From assembly GCA_002104945.1 (NCBI GenBank), contig MCFH01000016.1:124001-188000 (forward strand): DNA of 64,000 bases, read 5' to 3'. Every line of letters begins with the position of its first letter. Position 1 is the first letter of the stretch. This document shows, piece by piece, positions 60,693 to 64,000 of this stretch. The notes under the pieces were generated by a model that saw only the letters and a program-made list of their open reading frames with translations, did no database searches and was not told the origin of the DNA. The position numbers and the translations under genes are program-made. This DNA comes from Piromyces finnis finn. Lineage: Eukaryota > Fungi > Neocallimastigomycota.

Positions 60693-63690
60693 GTTACATT
60701 TAAATTTTTTTTTATTTCAATTATATTTCTTTTTTTTTTGGTTGTGTGTGTGTGTTACTATAAGTTTAATTATTATATAAGTATAATCATTTTTGATGTA
60801 ATTTTAAATAAAATTGTTTTTAGTCTGTTTTAAGTATTTTCTTTTCATATATCATTTAGTTTAAATAATTCACCTTTTTTTTTTTTTTGTATAGAGTAAT
60901 GTTTAATCTAATAAAAAAAATAAAAAACAAATTAAAAAAATTTTAATTATAAAAAATTAAACTTTATTAAATAATAATAATACTATCGTTTATTAAAAGA
61001 ATTTTTTAAGCTTTACGTTAATTCTCTCATAATAGTTGGTGTATGTTCACTTTTAAAAAGGATAATTTTTTTTATGGTGAGTTTTTTTTTTATACTTTAT
61101 ATATATATACTTATATTGTTATTTTTAGTATAACACACACATATTCAATATATTCAATACTTTTTATTTATTACACAAACCATTGCCAAAATTTAATTTG
61201 GGTAATAATAAAAATAAATAATTATATTTATGGAGTCAACATCAATAAATAGAAAAAAAAATTTTTTGATCTGTACTTTTTTTTATTTCTTAAAAAAAAA
61301 AAAAAAACTATTAAATATGTTCATTATTATAGTATATTATAGTATGAGATGAGTTTATTATAATTTTATAAAAGATTTTTTATAAAGGATAAATGTTTTT
61401 ATAGGACATCTATTTTAGTATTTCTGTACTACAGTACCAATCTTTATATTTAAAAAAAATTTTTTAAATCTTTAACATTTATCTTGAGTAGATATAATAA
61501 TAGAGCATATTTTATTTTCTCTTTAATTAAAATACAGTTTTAAAATAGTATTCTTTTTTAAAGAATTATTATTATATAAAAAGTTAAAAAAAAATACATA
61601 AAAATATTCAATAATACTAGGATACTATTATTGAAGAACTATAATAAATGTATTTGTTTTTATACAGTTTCAATTTTATATTGTATTTATATGTCAGTCA
61701 TTGTCATGGATAACAATATAGGATTAAAAAAAAAAAAAAAACTTCTTTGTTTAATAAAATTTCATAATTATACCATTTTAAGATATATTAATTTTTTTTT
61801 TAAAAAAAAAAAAAAAGACAATTATTTATTAATCAAATTAAAATAATCTTAAAAGTCAGTTGAATTTGTATAGAGGAAGAAGCAATCTTTTAATTCAATC
61901 ATGTTATACTTTGGTAATAAAAGTTTTTTTCTTTATAATTTAATACAATTATCAATTATGATTATATTGTTCTATAATTGTAAAGTTATTTTTTATTTTG
62001 TTTATGAAAATTTTCTTTTTATAAATAGATAATCATTTATATATTTTTTATATCATCAATAATAATAATAATAATAATAATAATTTAATGTTAAATTTAA
62101 AACAAAAATTAAAACAAAAATTAATTAAATTTTATATTAAAAGTAATTTTTATGTTTGTCTTTTCATAATATTTATTATTTTATTTTAAAACTTCCTCGT
62201 TTTTTTTTTTTTATTATTAATTGTGTTTATATATATATATATGTTTTTTAATGTAAATGTTTTTACAAAGCTATTTTAATGCATTAATTTAAAATTTTTT
62301 TTCAATGCATTATTCTCTAATAATTTAAAGAGGATATCGTTGACTTTATTAAATTGTAATTATTTAAAAAAATACAGAATTAAAAATTAATATAGATACA
62401 TGTACATTTCAACAGTCTTAGTAATAGATTATAAAGTGTATCGAAATGTATTTTAATAAGAAGTAATTTAAAGTTTTTAATGCATTATTATGAAAAGGCA
62501 TCTCTAATTAATTTTATGGAGTTTTTTTTTTTTTCGGGCTTTGATCTATAGAATGATTCATTTTCATTATTTATAAGCTTTTATTAAGAAATAATAGTAT
62601 AATGTATTATGGATTGACTGATTTTATCATTATAAATAGAATAGATTTGTTCTTTTTTTTTTTAATTTGCTAATACTCAACTTTTATTTTCTTTCTATTT
62701 TTTTTTTTTTTAATACTAAACTATTGAATTGATATAAAAAGTCTATATAAAAAGTCTATGTCTTCGTACTATTTTATATATTTTATAAATATTTAATTTA
62801 TACATACATAGATTTATATATTTATATATAAAAATATAACAAATTAAAAAATAAAATAAAAATAAAAAATTAGACCCAACTATAGTCTAAACCAAATACA
62901 TAAACGGATATTTAGTATCCAAATTAATAATAAAATAAAATAAATAAAAAAAACAATTTATAAATACTAATAATAATATTAGTCGTAAAAGAAAAAACCT
63001 GCCAATTAATAAATTTATTACCATAAAAATAATATACTCTAAAAAAATTAATTTAAAAAATAGTAATAATAAAAAATTGTTATAAAACAAATTTAATTAT
63101 AAAATAAAATAAAATAAATAACTAAATACTATAAAAAAAAAAAGTAAGTGAAAACTTTTATTTTTAAAATTATTATAATAAAAAATTATCTTTTTTTTTT
63201 TTAATAATAGTATACAGATGCTGTATATAAACAAGGTTAAAATATGGTTTAATTATTATTTATGATTATAAAGTACCCTTTTACCTTTTTTTTTTTATTC
63301 ATCAAAGTTAACCCTTTTAATTTTTCTGTAAAATCAAATTAATAGAAAGCATCCTATATAATATTATTATACAATATTATATGAATTAAATTATATTAAT
63401 CAATATATTTAAAAAAATAATTTATCTCATAGAATTATGTAGAAATAAATATAATACTTTAAAGATAAATTAAATTTTAATATATTGTAAACTATTATTG
63501 ATATATATTAATTTATATTAATGGTTAATACATATGTATTTAGAATAAATAGAATCCACCAATGGGAAGCCAGAAAAAATTTTTTTACAAACGTATACTA
63601 CTAAAGATCAAAAAATCAACATTTGTAAAAAATTTTTCTTTACACAAAAAAAAAACTTTATTATCTAATAATAGTTTTGAAATAAACAAA

Positions 63691-64000
63691 ATGACTTACA
63701 CTACTCGTAACGTTAACCCAAGATACACCTTAGAACACAGAGTCTTTGTTGGTAAGTTTCTATTATGACTTTTATAATTATTTTTATTATTTAAAAAAAT
63801 GTTAATAGGAATAATGGTAGTTAGTTTTTCTTTTTTTAAAAGTAAAATTGATTATAAAATGAAAACTAATTTTTCTTTTTCTTTCAATAATTAAAATGAT
63901 TTTATTTAAATAAAATAGAAAAGGACGGAAAGGTCGTCTCCCCATTCCACGACATTCCACTTTACGCCAATGAAGACAAAACTGTTTTAAACATGGTTGT
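63691..64000 (+). CDS. IPP1: Soluble inorganic pyrophosphatase (5' part only)
   Basis: Exon 63691-63751, intron, exon 63919 to the window end: [21 protein letters not shown]|[27 protein letters not shown], close to the yeast Ipp1 N-terminus. Strong codon bias. Confidence 0.95.

Overview
Extremely AT-rich, intron-rich eukaryotic DNA. The base composition, (AAT)n tracts, poly-Asn proteins, fungal-type housekeeping genes and a flagellar dynein-assembly gene (WDR92) point to a zoosporic fungus, most likely an anaerobic gut fungus (Neocallimastigomycota); this is inference. I reconstructed 14 spliced or single-exon protein genes by hand, several of them missing from the ORF track: a Hof1/Cdc15 F-BAR protein (partial), a Sos7/Zwint-like kinetochore protein, V-ATPase subunit G, RPL3, a LisH/CTLH-WD40 protein, a copine, an RLP7/RPL7-like protein, WDR92, two tandem RING/TRAF-zinc-finger/SPRY paralogs, RPB1, a Ran1/Pat1-like kinase, a sphingomyelinase-like EEP enzyme and IPP1 (partial). 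There is also a small orphan ORF, an intronic box C/D snoRNA and several microsatellites. The best candidate for an undescribed system is the tandem pair of TRAF/TRIM-like E3 ligases (RING + TRAF-type Zn fingers + microexon-built coiled coil + SPRY). An unexplained GC-rich, self-pairing island of about 250 nt at 7.5-7.8 kb and a 31-bp hairpin at 58.6 kb also deserve follow-up. All family assignments come from motif recognition; no database search was run.
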